Source of the DNA: Eledone cirrhosa
Lineage: Eukaryota
Assembly: GCA_964016885.1 (NCBI GenBank)
Contig: OZ024743.1
Location: forward strand, 86,924,001-86,988,000
Length of the DNA stretch: 64,000 nt
Reading direction: 5' to 3'
Of the stretch, positions 13,715 to 28,782 are shown in pieces. Below the pieces are notes generated by a model. It was not told the origin of the DNA. It made no database searches and was given only the letters and a program-made list of their open reading frames with translations. How positions within the stretch are numbered: the first letter of the stretch is position 1; each line of letters opens with the position of its first letter. Position numbers and translations under genes: made by a program.

Positions 13715-13745
<31 letters not shown>

Positions 13746-13810
13746 TGTTTGTATGTATGTATGTATGTATGTATGTATGTATGTATGTATGTATGTATGT
13801 ACGTACGTAC

Positions 13811-13841
<31 letters not shown>

Positions 13842-13895
13842 TGTATGTATGTATGTATGTATGTATGTATGTATGTATGTACGTATGTATGTATG
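13494..13895. repeat. (TATG)n tetranucleotide tract, ~400 bp with TACG variants
   Basis: Direct inspection; lies between two RLE elements. Confidence 0.98.
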
Positions 13896-14911
13896 TTTCT
13901 CTTTCTCTTCGTTTTGAGTATATTTTTCGAGCAGCCACCTTCCTGGTGGCAAGGATGTAAAAGAAAAGAAATTGTCATCCCTTGAATCGCAAGAATGTTT
14001 TGAAAATGTTGAAGGTGCCAGCTATCGCAGCCATTTGTAGACTATGAATTAGGGAGCTGCGCTTTTTATCCGCAAATCCAAGTTCGGTCATACTTTGGTC
14101 CAAGCGGGTTGGTATATAACCCGTAGCACCAATAATGATGGGTATGAAGCTAAAGGTGTATCTTGGATACTGGATTTGTAAACTCCTCATCAATGGTCCG
14201 TAGATGTCCTCCTTCTCCTGTATTTTTCTGACAACGTTTACATCAAGTGGGCAGCTGATCTCCACAACAGAACACGTTTTCAATGTGTGGTCCCAAACTA
14301 CAATATCAGGCCGGTTGTGTTTTAATTTGGTGGCAGTTTTTATTTTCAGGTTCCACCAGTATTCCTTAGTGCCATCTGTCTCAACATATTCCTCCTCATT
14401 TGTTTTTAATTTTGTTTTCCGAAGTGCGTTCCAGATGGTTTTAGCTATCACATCGTGTCTCATAGGGAGGTAGTAGCGAGACGACATTCTTTCACAGTTG
14501 GCAACAATGTGGCTAACATCTTCGATTGTTGTTTTACATTTATTGTCGACTGATGGCCCTCCTCTTTTGTGTAGCAGATATTTATTAGGGATTTCTTTTT
14601 CTTCAAGGTGAGATGTCATAAACTTGTCGGAACTCCATGTCGGGCTTTTAGTATGGTTTGTCCCATCTATGTTTTTCATCTCAGGTACCCATGCACAACT
14701 TTCTATTTAAATTGTTCCATTCAAAAAAAATTATTTGAACATTGAATATGATCTTCCAATGTTCCTAGGAGAGAAATTTTTATCATATCTCCCCTACAGA
14801 TCAGTGGTTATCCTAATGATATTTCTTTCATGCTCATAAACTTGGGCAAGATAGTTGCTGACCTTTTTCTTCTGTTGAAGATGTTGCTTCAGTGTTACTA
14901 TCAGGGATTCG
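13896..14911 (-). mobile_element. Second, more decayed R4/Dong-like RLE fragment in (CATA)n
   Basis: ORF 13975-14679 shares MSSRYYLPMRHDV.AK, YWWN and HNRPDI..VVEISC with the neighbouring element. (TATG)n on both sides. Confidence 0.85.
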
Positions 14912-15015
14912 TATGTATGTATGTATGTATGTATGTATGTATGTATGTATGTATGTATGTATGTATGTATGTATGTATGTATGTATGTATGTATGTATGT
15001 ACGTATGTATGTATG

Positions 15016-15634
15016 TCAGGTCACCAGTTGGTGCTACTGGTAACATGTATTCCAGTACAACCTGTCCCATGGTCGGGTCATTGGCGACTAAACTGGCAAC
15101 CCCACCAAGGTTTCTTGGTGAGGAGGGTGACTTTGGACATCCTGCAGGACTAAAAACAAAACCTGTCAAAGGGCAAAGGAGCTCTTAAGAATCAATGGCC
15201 ATCCAAAATCACCGGGAGAGATGACCCCTTAGCCTTTGTCAAGGCAGAATTCTAGGCGAAGGAAAACTCTGATATAACACCTGCAACTCTGATGGTATCC
15301 AATGTTGTTGACTTGTTCTTCTTTTTGGTAAATAACATCTTGGTTAAGAGAGTGGGACTGGCTTTGTGCAGTACCTTTGCTCACTATAAAAGCTTCACGG
15401 CACAGGCATTGCTTTATATCTGGAGATCTCTCTGCACTTGTCGTCACATGGTACCCTGGGCCCAGCAATATGTGTCAATAATTGTCACAAGTGTAGTGTT
15501 TGTACCAGAGTTTTCAAGTCGCTGGCTGGACTAAAAAGTCACACTCGTTCAGCGCATCGGTAGGGGTTCTCCTACATGGATATAAAGTAGTGGCCATACT
15601 CGAAAACGAGTTGGCAGCCACCATGTATGTATGT
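15016..15634 (+). mobile_element. Non-coding bipartite RTE-derived element (~610 bp), copy 1
   Basis: Highly similar to 32055-32661. Has the RTE 5'UTR-like motif ctaggcgaaggaaaactctga. Its 3' end tggccatactcgaaaacgagttggcagccacc+atgtatgt matches the RTE tail at 31955-31990. Confidence 0.75.
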
Positions 15635-15759
15635 AGGTGTTATAGTGTAAGTGGTTGAGTATTCCACAGACACGTGTACTTGCAACATGATTCACCAAGC
15701 GGAATCAGCGTGACACAATGTGACAAGGATGGTCTTTTGATTCCCAAGATACAGTTTAT

Positions 15760-16200
15760 TTTATATTATAATGTATGTGGCTGAATAGGCTTGACATTTT
15801 CGAAGCTTATGGTAATCCAGCTGATGTAGTTAAGGTGATCTGAGTCATGTACCAGAATACCTCTGCAATTGTAATCACGCCAGATGATGAGACTTGCATT
15901 AAACATCAACACAGGCGTCCTCCAGGGTGATCCTCTCACCACATTCTTGTTCATCATCTTCCTAGACTATACATTGAGCACTTCGCCCAGTGGAACCGAT
16001 GGCCTGACACTGAGGCGACGTTGTAGTCACTATCATCCTGCTGATGTCATAGCATATATTGACTACGCTGGTGACATTCTGCTTCTCGAAAATACGATAG
16101 CAGCTGCACAAAATCACCTCATCAGAGTTGAGAAAGCCAGAATGTTGATCTGTTTCTGAATGCACCAAAGACGAAGTATATGCCCTTGAATCCATCTAAT
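15760..16200 (+). pseudogene. Degenerate RTE-type RT fragment
   Basis: GVLQGDPLTTFLFIIFLDY..IDYAGDILLL (RT motifs 4/5; YADD decayed to YAGD). Confidence 0.7.
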
Positions 16201-17779
16201 GTGCACCATCTACCGAGTGCCATGTATTGCGATAGAACACTGGACCAGGTGATTGAGAAGCGTCCACATTTTATACAATTTTTCTGATTCCATCGCTCAA
16301 TCTCTTGGCTTCCGCCATTTTCTCTTCCAACATCCATATATTTAGAGCAGTAGTAGCATCCTTCGAAGATTCCGGAAATTTTCATCCACTAAATTTGCCT
16401 GGTTTCCGTTTTCTTTCCTATCGTTCTTATCCATAACTGATTGCTTGAGTGGACTAAACATAGACCGAACACACAAAAATCTCCATACGTATGCGCGAAC
16501 ATTAGACAATTGGATAATTTCGTCTCATTAGCAAACACAGATAACGTATACTCACATTACGTAAAAACGACGATATATCTAATATATATTTGTGAAATGG
16601 GTGGTGGTTGAAATTCAGATGTGCACGGTTAAATGGTAGTAGACGTGGTCGGGCTGACATGAAAATTTACACACCTATGTAAAAAGAGCCAAGGAAGCAA
16701 ATAGATGAGGATTCAAATCTCTAACTTGAAAAATGTGGTCCCTGGGGCCCCAAAACTATCGCGTTCGGTGAGTTTTTTCCCCCTGTTCTAATACTTTTGT
16801 CTTATTTACAATTTCATACAAATAAAGCAGTAAAATCCCGTAGTAAGACCTAAAAAAAATGGTTAGATACACCATGACGCACCATGCATCACGGTGGAGT
16901 TGAAAAGCAGACTCAGAACATGGTGTTGTGTGGGGGTGGCTCGCAGCCCAATGTTCCAGGGGGAGCAAAAGAAGAAGAAGAAGAAGAAGATGTGAGCTGG
17001 AGTCCTATATGTAGGTTGTGTCTTAAATTGAAGGTTTAGTAGAAACAATTCATGTATAGTTTTGTACTTTTCTTTTTGTCATTCATATATAAACAAATCT
17101 ACTATATAAATTGGAAGTGGTCGGACGTTGTATATGTAGGTGTAGTCGGATAAACGTCGAAAAGGCTTGGTGGAATGCAGCGAAAATTTACACAGTTATG
17201 CAGAATGACCCGAGGAGGCGGTGAGTCGACTTTCAAGCTACAAGCTTTCAGGGTTACGGAGAAAATCGATGAAACAGGAATTTCCCATTCAAATTGAACT
17301 GAGAGTAATCTGTGAACGCAGAAGTAAATATTTCGAGAAACGTTGCAGCCGAACGAAAACAGGAAGACGATATTTTGGTTCGTAAAGACGTTCCCTGGCA
17401 ATGAACGGGAAAAAAGCGAGGATTATACGTCGTTATGTGGAGCGTAAAGAACAATTTCATGCAAAGACAAGACCAAGTTTATGGTATAAATGGAGTCGTT
17501 ATACTAATATTCTATTTAAAATAACAGAATGATTTCCAGCCCCGGAGTTTAAGAATGATGTAAATAAAATTGAAAACGAAAATGACAGAGGTTATTAAAA
17601 TAGTAAAAGTAAATAGTGAAGATTTAGGCCAGTACATACGTATGCCCCGACGGACATACACATACATACGCACACACAAATACATACACACCCACCCATA
17701 CCCACCCACACACACACACACACGAATGCACGCGCGTATGTATAAACCTTATGCATTTCTACAGTATTTTCACGAATCT

Positions 17780-18183
17780 TAAGACATAGGTTACTTATGT
17801 ACTCCGGATGGTCATGGGCACTGTCATTTTTCCAGATATTGATTATAGGGCCTCCCGGCAGATAACCCCTTTAACCACTTTAACCACTTCCTTGGAGTCG
17901 ACTGAAGCACTGCAGTGCAATGCAACAAAACGTCATAACTTCTGGAGTTCGCAACCGATTTTTACAAAACTTGACACATGGGCTACGTTTGTCCTACAGA
18001 TGAATGTGAACTCTCAGAATTGGCACATATTCGGTAGGGGACCCCTGGGGGCAGGAACCCCCTTTTGGAAAAAGCCGATGATTTTGTAAAACTATAGTTT
18101 TCGAAGCAGCACTGAAGTATTGACATAAATGGTATACACGACTGCTATTTAATATCCGAGCAACGCCGGGTACCTCTGGTAGT
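17780..18183 (+). mobile_element. Possible Helitron-derived fragment (3' end)
   Basis: Ends ccgagcaacgccgggta...ctgGTAG|T, resembling the common invertebrate Helitron 3' hairpin+CTAG. 5' end not identified. Confidence 0.45.
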
Positions 18184-18230
18184 ATATATATATATATCGT
18201 CGTTTTTACGTAATGTGAGTATACGTTATC

Positions 18231-18290
<60 letters not shown>

Positions 18291-18307
18291 TATATATATA
18301 TATGTAT

Positions 18308-18344
<37 letters not shown>

Positions 18345-18379
18345 CATGTATATATATGTATGTATATATATATATGTAT

Positions 18380-18418
<39 letters not shown>

Positions 18419-18477
18419 TATACATACACGCACACATACACACACTGACACACTGACACACACACATACACACACAC

Positions 18478-18540
<63 letters not shown>

Positions 18541-18647
18541 AATGAGGAATATGGCAGGTATTGTGGAATCTGATATCATGTTATTAATTACATCATTTCT
18601 ATGACATCGATTATGTGATATCATCTCCTCAGATATCATGTCATTAT

Positions 18648-18760
18648 TCAAATCCCGCCTAGGTTAACTTTGCCTTTCATCCTTACGGGGTCGATAAAAT
18701 AAAGTACCAGTAATGTACTGGGTAATTGCTGGCCTTGTGCCTAAAGTAGAAACAATTATT
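18648..18760 (+). mobile_element. Major tRNA-derived SINE, 3' part
   Basis: tcaaatcccgcc.aggttaactttgcctttcatccttacggggtcgataaaataaagtaccag..gtagaaacaattatt. Confidence 0.85.
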
Positions 18761-19015
18761 AATACTGCAATATGTTGGGGGAGAATATTTTTGATGTTGT
18801 CACCTTAAGCCTAGCAAACACACACACACGCACACACACACACGCACACACACGCACACACACGCACACACGCACACACACACACGCACACACACACACG
18901 CACACACACGCACGCACACGCACACACACACACACACACACGCGCACACACACGCACACATACGCACACACACGCACACACGCATACACACACACGCACA
19001 CACACACACGCACAC

Positions 19016-19105
<90 letters not shown>

Positions 19106-19159
19106 GTGTGTGTTCAGATTTATGTGATATTTTGGTTTAATTGTTTAAGAAATTCGGTA

Positions 19160-19630
19160 TTCTTGCCAACCCCTACCTATGGTCATGAATCTTGGGGAAT
19201 GACCAAAAGAACATGATCTCGAATACAAGTAGCCGAAATGGGGTTCCTCCGAAGGGACTTTTGAATAACGCTACTCGATAGAGTGCGGAGCACGGAGATC
19301 AGAGAGTCATTCCTGGTAGAGCCGCTACTTCTCCGAGAGATCACATCTCCGATACTATGGACATGTGGTTAGAGTGTCTCAAGAAAGAATTGCTGGACAG
19401 ATTTTATGGGCAAAACCAACTGGCAGAAGACCCGGGGGTAGGCCCCGAGCAAGAGAGTTGGATAACATCCATGAGCTTGGCTGGTCACGCTTTGGGATCC
19501 AGCTGGATCAGTTGGAGAGTGTTGCTTCTGACAGGACCTGCTGGAAGGAGTGTTTGATGACTCAGCCCCCACAAGAAGAAGAAGAAGAAGAAGAAGAAGA
19601 AGAAGAAAAAAAGAAGAAGAAGAAGAAGAA
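19160..19630 (+). mobile_element. RTE (Expander/Rex3-like) 3' fragment with (GAA)n tail
   Basis: Frameshifted TYGHESW.MT..IQVAEMGFLRR..YGHVVRVSQERI..PTGRRPGGRPR..DR..WK. Confidence 0.8.
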
Positions 19631-19728
19631 GAAAAAAGAAAAAGAAGAAAAAGAAGAAAAAGAAGAAAAAGAAGAAAAAGAAGAAAAAGAAGAAAAAGAA
19701 AAATAAGAAAAATAAGAAAAATAAGAAA

Positions 19729-19791
<63 letters not shown>

Positions 19792-19793
<2 letters not shown>

Positions 19794-19910
19794 TTTCTTT
19801 ATTAACCACAAGGGTTTACATAAAGTAGACATTAAGGACAGTGCAGGACAATGCAGGACGGTACAAATGGGCATTTCTGCGTGTAAAAAACAAAAACAGA
19901 GGATGTAACA
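19792..19910 (-). mobile_element. Tx1-family 3' tail in (TTA)n
   Basis: Nearly identical to 44403-44520 (tttctttattaaccacaagggt.tacataaagtagacattaaggacag). Confidence 0.85.
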
Positions 19911-19925
19911 AAAAAAAAAAAAAAA

Positions 19926-19966
<41 letters not shown>

Positions 19967-19968
<2 letters not shown>

Positions 19969-20523
19969 CGATGTGATGGGCAGGGTGATCCACTGGCACC
20001 TGTGCAAAGTAAACAATCTACCACATTCTGAGAAATGGTATGAGCATAGGCCAGAGGCGGTGATGGAGAACAGTCAGGTGAAGGTGCTGTGGGATTTTAG
20101 GATACAGACGGACAAAAAACTGGAACACAATAGACCTGACCTGGTGGTTGTGGACAAAGAAAAAAGATCGTGCCTGATTGTGGATGTGGCCTGCCCGTTC
20201 GACACGAGAGTGCAAGAGAAGGAGAGGGAGAAAATTAACCGATACCAGGACCTAAAGTGGGAGGTGAAAAGGATTTGGAACTGCCATGAAGTCAAAGTGA
20301 TCCCGATTGTCATAGGCGCACTGGGGACTATCTCCAAAAGTTTCCAGGGATGGTTAAAGAAAATAGGCCCCTTCACGCTTTTTGGAACGCTTCAAAAGGC
20401 ATGCTTGCTTGGAACAGCAAGAACCCTCCGATACGTCCTGAATATCTGAGGCTGCAGGTAGTGGCTTGATATTCAATCCAACGGACTTTCCAGTTAACCA
20501 ACATCAATGACTGAGATTCAAGG
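19967..20523 (+). mobile_element. R4/Dong-clade 3' fragment (open RLE ORF 19973-20449) in (TAA)n
   Basis: HD..GRVIHWHLC..VLWDFRIQTD..HNRPDL..DVACPFD..EKINRYQDL..IPIVIGALG..LQKACLLGT. (TAA)n on both sides. Confidence 0.9.
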
Positions 20524-20535
20524 AATAACAACAAC

Positions 20536-20690
<155 letters not shown>

Positions 20691-21057
20691 GAAAAAGAAG
20701 AAAAAGAAGAAAAATAATAATAATAATAATAAGAAGAAGAAGAAGAAAAAGAAGAAGAAGAAGAAATCTTATATTTAAACATACATTGTTTAATAATTTT
20801 TCTAGGTTAACTTTGAGACTTTCCTAGCTTTTATTTCTTTTCACACTTTTTTTCTCCTGGATTTGACTTCTGTGTTAATCTTTTTAAAGTAAACTATGTT
20901 TTATTTATTTAACACATATCTGTAATTTCGAATGGTTCAAGGTGGGTTTATTTGGGTTTGTTATCACTCTCGTGTTTCTAAATAAATGTATATGTTAGTC
21001 ACGGGAATGGGTTTGGTTGATGTAGATTATTATGCAATGGGGTCGTAGTCGCTTCAG

Positions 21058-21275
21058 ATAATAATGCTTTCTATTATAGGCACAAGGCCAGCAATTTTGG
21101 GGGAGGGGAAATCGATTAAATCGACTCCAGTGCATTACTGGTACTTTATTTTATCGACCCCGTAAAGATGAAAGGCAAAGTTAACCTCGGTGGGATTTGA
21201 ACTCATATAAAGGGGCGTAGCTCTATGCTGCAAAGCATGGTGTCCGACGCTCTACCGATACTCCCAATCTACCGC
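21058..21275 (-). mobile_element. Major tRNA-derived SINE
   Basis: Reverse complement of the family consensus (ggcagtatcggtagag..gagttcaaatcc..gcctttcatc..ggggtcgataaaataaagtaccag). Confidence 0.88.
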
Positions 21276-21560
21276 TTCAGATAAAAATAAATATAGTTTA
21301 TTGTTTATTCTTATACAGAAACTACGTAATATGAAAATGTCTGTCTCCCTCATATTGGTATCTAGAGTAGACTCTTCGAGACAGACGTAATGAGAAATGT
21401 GAGAGTCCCAATGCAGAAAATAACTGTAATAACAGTCGATCATTACAGGTAATAGTTGAGAAAATTGGGTATATTATACACACACACACACGTGCTTGCG
21501 CGCGAGTATGTATATATATATATATATATATATACACAAACATACACACATTCATACATA

Positions 21561-21694
<134 letters not shown>

Positions 21695-21947
21695 TCCCAG
21701 GTTCATTCAAAAGAAATCATCAAGATTTCTTTTGAATGAAACAGTTCTAGTCCTGTAGAAGCCATTTCTATATTAAACATGATATATTGTTATATAGTAA
21801 GGTGTTTTATAGGTTGCGTAAAACGGTCCAATAAATTTATGTTAGCAATATTAAGTTCTCCACGCTTTTGTATATCTCCAATTCCATTCAAGGGAACAGC
21901 TAGATGATGTACAACGGAGTATAAGTATCAAAATGAAAATCCGAAGG

Positions 21948-21988
<41 letters not shown>

Positions 21989-22011
21989 CACAAATATACA
22001 AAGCATACATA

Positions 22012-22085
<74 letters not shown>

Positions 22086-22518
22086 AAATTTGTTTTGTGA
22101 TATAAAGTCAGCAATAATGCTAAATTTGAAGCTCCACTTAACTCTTCCAGCCATTGGAAAATCTAGAAGACATGAATATGCCAACTAGAACCGAAGAAAT
22201 GATATTTCATTTCTATCTTTAGAATTGTCTTTAAACTATAAATATAATATTGATATTGATATTGGAGACTTTTACACCCTTTAAACTCGCCCAGACTTTG
22301 AGGTCATCTCAAAAGTAAACAAAATAATCATCCGCTTTCAATGTAGCTGTCATTTTTGTAAAACGTGCAGGAAAGTTTTTTTTTTTGTTTTGAAAATACG
22401 AAAACAGATTCAGACATGACTCCGTGATTAAAGTTCGCTTCACAACTACGTTTTCCTATGTATTTCGTTTTTATATTATCTCCAACGTTTTGGGTCCTTC
22501 TGGCAAATACAAAAAGGG

Positions 22519-22930
22519 TCAGTATCGGTAGAGGGTCGGACGCCATGCTTTGCAGCAAAGAGTTACGGCCCTTTATGGTCTGAGTTCAAATCCGAGGTTA
22601 ACTTTGCTTTTCATCCTTACGGGGTCGATAAAATAAAGTACCAGTAACGAACTGGGGTCGATTTAATCGACTTTTCCCTCGCCCAAAATTGTTAGCCTTG
22701 TGCCTAAATTAGAAACTATTATTATTATTATTATCGTCGGACACCCAACTTCGTAGCATAGAGTTACGGCCCTTTACTTTCTGAGTTCAAATCCCACCGA
22801 GGTTAACTTTGCTTTTCAACTTTTAGGGGTTTGATTAAATAAAGTACTAGTAAGATACTGTGATCGATTTAATCAACTTTCTCCTCCCCTTAAATTGTTG
22901 GCCTTGTGCCTATAGTAGAAAACATTATTT
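22519..22930 (+). mobile_element. Two tandem copies of the major SINE
   Basis: 22519-22735 and 22736-22930, each with B-box-like gagttcaaatcc and the central/3' domain. Confidence 0.88.
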
Positions 22931-22959
22931 GTTCAGTAAATATGATAAATACTGGATAC

Positions 22960-23875
22960 TTTACTGCCTCTAAGTGTCAACAAGGACCTAGACAGACAGT
23001 ACTTTCTTGAGTATACGGACAGTGATCAACAGGGCAGTCGTTTGTAGGAAAGCAATGTGTGATTTGAGATATATTTGCCTCTCAGTTTTAGCGATATCGA
23101 GTCCAAAGCTCCGATAACAATTGAAATTATCTTGAGGTCGTTAGGTGGTATTTACCACATTCCTACAATTTCAATTTTCAATATTGTTATTTTTTCAATT
23201 TCTTTCAAGGCTACATTGTTGATTGTGGTCTCCTGCGATTGTAACATCAATAGCCTGGCATTCTGGGCTATTTCTGAGAAAAACTACAATATCTGGTCTG
23301 TTGCTTTCAAGTTTGCGGTCCATTTAGACATGGAATTCCCAGAGTGTCTTGAGATTATCTCTGTTACCAAGGATACTTTCTGGGATATGATTGTACCACT
23401 TATCGGACATCTACTATCCATATGTTTTGCCCATTGACCAGTAAATTCAGACCTTATAGAATTCTTCTTTTATATCCTTTTCGAGCCACCATTTTGAGCG
23501 TTCACTATACAGTTTATATAGGTGACATTTTCTGCATTAATTCCACACAGATAGCAATTCACATTTTCACCAAGATTATATATCTCTTTAGTCACCAACT
23601 TAGTACTCAAAGCTTATTCTTGGGCTGATATCAACAATGCTCCAGTCTCTGTTTTTAGATCACTGTAGGAGAGTCAATCCAAAGACTATTCAGTTATTAA
23701 ATCAGACATTTGTCAAGTTGGCCATGTCTTTCCAACTACTTTTTCGTTATTCTCTACAGAGATTTGTCTCTTAAACTCTACTTTACTTTCCATCTTCCCC
23801 TTTTCATAAACCCACCATTACTGCTGAAGAAGTTGTTCATTACTATTTATCAAGTGGCAATTAATGGCTAGTCTA
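22960..23875 (-). pseudogene. Old degenerate R4/Dong-like RLE fragment
   Basis: Minus-strand translation with stops: DLKTETGALLISAQE*ALST..TLWEFHV*MDRKLESNRPDIV..IISIVIGALD..TALLITVRILKKVLSV*. Abuts (CTA)n at 23880-23943. Confidence 0.75.
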
Positions 23876-23876
23876 T

Positions 23877-23945
<69 letters not shown>

Positions 23946-25169
23946 CACCCCGTGGCGTGTGTTAAAATATAAACACGATACCTCTCAAGCAGTCTCTTGC
24001 TGACGTCTATTCTATCAGTATAATTATTGTACCTTTGTATCATTTGAGTTATACCATTAATTATCATTTTCAAAATTTTAATTCGTTAATTTAACACTTT
24101 CTTATATACAAGCTTATTGGTATAAACTATTCTAACAAACACACTAAATTTCTTAGCCTCAGAGAATGCAACATTTTATTAAATGTTTGACCTTGTGTGT
24201 TATTAATTGTCATCGAATAAACTAATCTAACTCGGTTGTTTGTAAATGATTCAGTTTAACAGACAAAAGTTAATTGCATGGAAGCGCATATGTTGAATAA
24301 TTGACGATTTTGAAAAATAAAAAAAAAACTACAGCCTTCCCCTTCCCTTCGATATCCTACAACCACTAGCCGTAACATCATCACCACTAATTAACCAATA
24401 TTCCTGCTGATAACGCCATCACCTTAACAGCTACTGCAGTTCTCATTATTTCACATATCTGTGCATGTGATTATACGTCAGTAAATATTCTTCTCTTTCT
24501 TCTGCCTCACATTGTTACTGCTTTCCTTTCGATAGGATCTCAATATGAACAAAAGTAGCTCCACACTATACGTGGGAGCAATACTCCATTATAGGTCTCA
24601 CCGGAGCCTTTTAGAGGGCCATTAATTTTTTCGGGTTCAGAAAAGAAAAGCTAGTCATTACGATGCAACCCTAGCTACGTCAAGGATATTTGTGTTTCCA
24701 TGGGAGATTCTCGGTGATTATCAGGCCTAGAATTAAGGGCGATCTAGTTGTTTGGTGCAATGATATATCTACTGGATCAGCCTTAAGCTAAGTATTAATT
24801 AGAAAGAAAAAAAAGGACTTGGAGAAGAAGAAGAAGAAGAAGAAGAAGAAGAAGAAGAAGAAGAAGAAGAAGAAGAAGAAGAAGAAGAAGAAGAAGAAGA
24901 AGAAGAAGAAGAAGAAGAAGAAGAGTGAATAAGTTGAGGAGGAGGAAGAGGAGAAAAAGAAGAACAGGAAGAAGAAGAACAAGAACGACGACGACGAGGT
25001 CAACAACGAAAAAAACAATAACGTAGGTATATATTATATCATGAGTATTGATATACATTTAAGCATGTCGCACGGATCGATATATTGACCAGGGCGTGTA
25101 GAGCGTTTCGACAGGTGATATAACAGGTAAATTGATCAGGGCGATTATGAATTGTAGTTAGTTAGTATG

Positions 25170-25266
25170 TTTGTTGTGCATATATATATGTGTGCATGTA
25201 TGTATATATATACATACTACTGTACGTCTGTATACATATATGTATGTACGTATACATACATACATA

Positions 25267-25343
<77 letters not shown>

Positions 25344-25510
25344 GGAAAAAATGAAACGAAATTTCATTTCTCACTCTTAGTACGGCTGTTACTTAAATGT
25401 AAGTATGTATGTATGTACACGTACCTACATATATGTATACAGACGTACAGTAGTATGTATATATATACATACATGCACACATATATATATATGTACGTAT
25501 GGATTCACTC
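25170..25510. mobile_element. Mini-element of the 4433/10583 family, two opposed pieces around (TA)n
   Basis: 25170-25270 and 25400-25510 are inverted relatives. 25341-25388 matches the family tail. Confidence 0.6.
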
Positions 25511-26122
25511 CAGTTGTTGTCACAACACTTTTCTAGGAGAGGGAAACTGCAAAAAAACCCCAAAAAACCTGCGGCTTCGGAAGCATCTGATGATGTTGAC
25601 CAGTTCTCCTTTTCGTGTAGTGTTTGCGATGCTCAGAGAGTGCGATTGGTCGAGTGCAAGGCCTTTACCCACTTAAAAAACCTTCAAAGCACAGGCATTG
25701 CTTGTTCAGGTTATGTTACAGGTTCGTGGGGGCCGTAGCCTAAAAGTGCACAATTTTCTGTAATCTGACAAGTGATTGCAATACGCTCAGCAGAGTTTGC
25801 ATATATATATTCTTTCCCAGGCGCCACTAAATGTTTATTATATAGATGTCTGTTTCGATCATGGACGGTTAAATCGATTGTAAGAACTTTTGGGGAGTTG
25901 GGTGAGGTTGCACCTTTATTTCAGTCGTTTTCTCTTCTCCTCCTCCTCCTCCTCCTCCTCCTCCTCCTCCTCCTCCTCCTCCTCCTCCTCCTCCTCCTCC
26001 TCCTCCCCCCTCCTTCTCCTCCTCCTCCTAATACTATTCCTACCTCCACCACAACCACTACTACCGCCGCTTACGCCGCTTACGCCGCTTACGCTGCTTA
26101 CGCTGCTTACGCTGCTGCTCTG

Positions 26123-26206
<84 letters not shown>

Positions 26207-26414
26207 GTATTATTATTATTATTAGTAGTAGTAGCAGTAGGAGTAGTAGTATTACTTTACATTTTCTATTTGTTGTGTATTATGTATATTTACTATACAA
26301 AAAAAAAAAATGAAATTTATAGTTAAACCCAAATAATTCCCTTTTCTAACTCAATATCTCACAAGACTTTACACCACCTTTGTATTTATTATATTATATT
26401 ATATTATATTATAT

Positions 26415-26515
<101 letters not shown>

Positions 26516-27581
26516 TATATATATATTGTGTTTTTATAACTTTGTTTTGTTTTTGTTTTTTTATTAACAGAAAATAGAAATAAAATATAAAAGCAAAATG
26601 GCGAATATTCTGGAAGTAAAACAAAACCAGAAAAGTATATATAAATAAGATTAAATAACATTGTGTAGATAAAGGATATTTATGCTTAGAATAAAATCGG
26701 AAAAGACAAACAAACAATATAAAGCGCAGCCTTTGAGAATAATTTGCTTTTATTGGTGGATTTGTTGTCGTTTTGTTGTTTTTATTTTGCTTTTTGTACA
26801 TGTATGTATTTTGTGTGTGAAAGGTCTGATTGTTATATTAGATAATCGATATAATTCGATTTCCCTTCCCTTATATCCAACCCACTTTGTTCACTTAAGA
26901 GTGTGTCCATCGCATCAGTGTTGTTATTTCTAGCTTGACTGGGTTTTATAGTCGAACCTGCTCTCTAAGTTACTCTACTGGCGATCAATCGACATTTATT
27001 TACCGATAGTTTACAGCTTTTAAATCGAGATGTAAAAGACAGCAACCAAATTTATATATGAATGAAATCGACCTACGTCGGTTTCGACAATAAGTGTTAT
27101 AGTAGTTACAACAACGAAACAGTCTGCTCGGGAAATTAATGTTTAAGTGGTTGAGCATTCCAATACACGTGTAACCTTAAAGTAATTCTCGGGGTGAATC
27201 AACTATAATTAGTTATGCAATTATATGCGTATAAAATTTGTATGACGCAATAACTGCGAGCAGGATTGTTACCGAAACGGCAGTAACGCAATAAACGAAT
27301 GATGGTCTGAATGATTTCCTTGCTTACTGCAAGTTCATATTCCAATTCAACAGATTATCTTTTGCTCGGATTTGCAGCACTAAAGGAATATATATGAATA
27401 GTTCCTGGATTACGTAGTATTTCCATCCCACCTCGCAGCAAGTCGGGTGATCGCATCGAGTGTTGCTTGTGATTTAAGGCATGGATTATTTATAATCTTC
27501 GAAACCTGAATATATATATACATACACACACATACACACACATGCACACACGACACACACGCACGCACACATGCACGCACG

Positions 27582-27968
<387 letters not shown>

Positions 27969-28171
27969 GGTAGATTCCCAATGTATATCGAGAGGGGCCC
28001 TACAGTTAAAAAAGGTACCCAATCAGTCCTTTCCTGTTGACTTTTTACGAATAAAACAGTTCTAGTCCTGTAGAACTCATTTCTATTATAATAATGTTAA
28101 TAATAATAATATATTTCTTCATTGCACTGTATCGTTTGTTTTGTTATTTCTGTTTATTCTTTACACACACG

Positions 28172-28298
<127 letters not shown>

Positions 28299-28469
28299 GC
28301 ACACACACACACAAACACACACACACACCAATCACCCCATATATATATATATACACATACATACATATACATATTTCGTTTCTCCGTGTAGTAAAGGTAT
28401 CTGATGCCAGACTTCTGACTTCCAGCTTATAAATGAGAATACAAATGTGTCCGTCCACTGACAAGTTAT

Positions 28470-28782
28470 CACACGAAATATTACAGTATAAACAATATAT
28501 ACATGAGACGTTATATTACAGTATAAGTAATATCACATACATAACATATTATTACAGTATAAACAATAACACATACATGATAAGTAATATCACGTACAGT
28601 ATAAGTAGTATCACATACATGAGACGTTATATTACAGTATAAACAATATCAAATACATGATAAGTAATATTACAGTATAAACAATATCAAATACATGATA
28701 AGTAATACCACATACAGTATAAGCAATATCACATACAGTATAAGTAATATCACACATGAGATTTTATATTACAGTATAAGTA
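28470..28782. repeat. Degenerate AT-rich minisatellite (attacagtataa..aatatcacatacat)
   Basis: Recurrent acagtataa(g/a)(t/c)aatatcacatac units. Confidence 0.75.

Noticed and set aside
12656-13978. 440-aa ORF with HTYI repeats fused to RT
   Set aside because: The N-terminal part is a translated (CATA)n tract plus the 3'UTR of the neighbouring element. The frame is open only because the repeat has no stop codons.
16600-17650. Complex sequence, possibly a DNA-transposon remnant or exon
   Set aside because: I could not support any protein motif, termini or splice structure.
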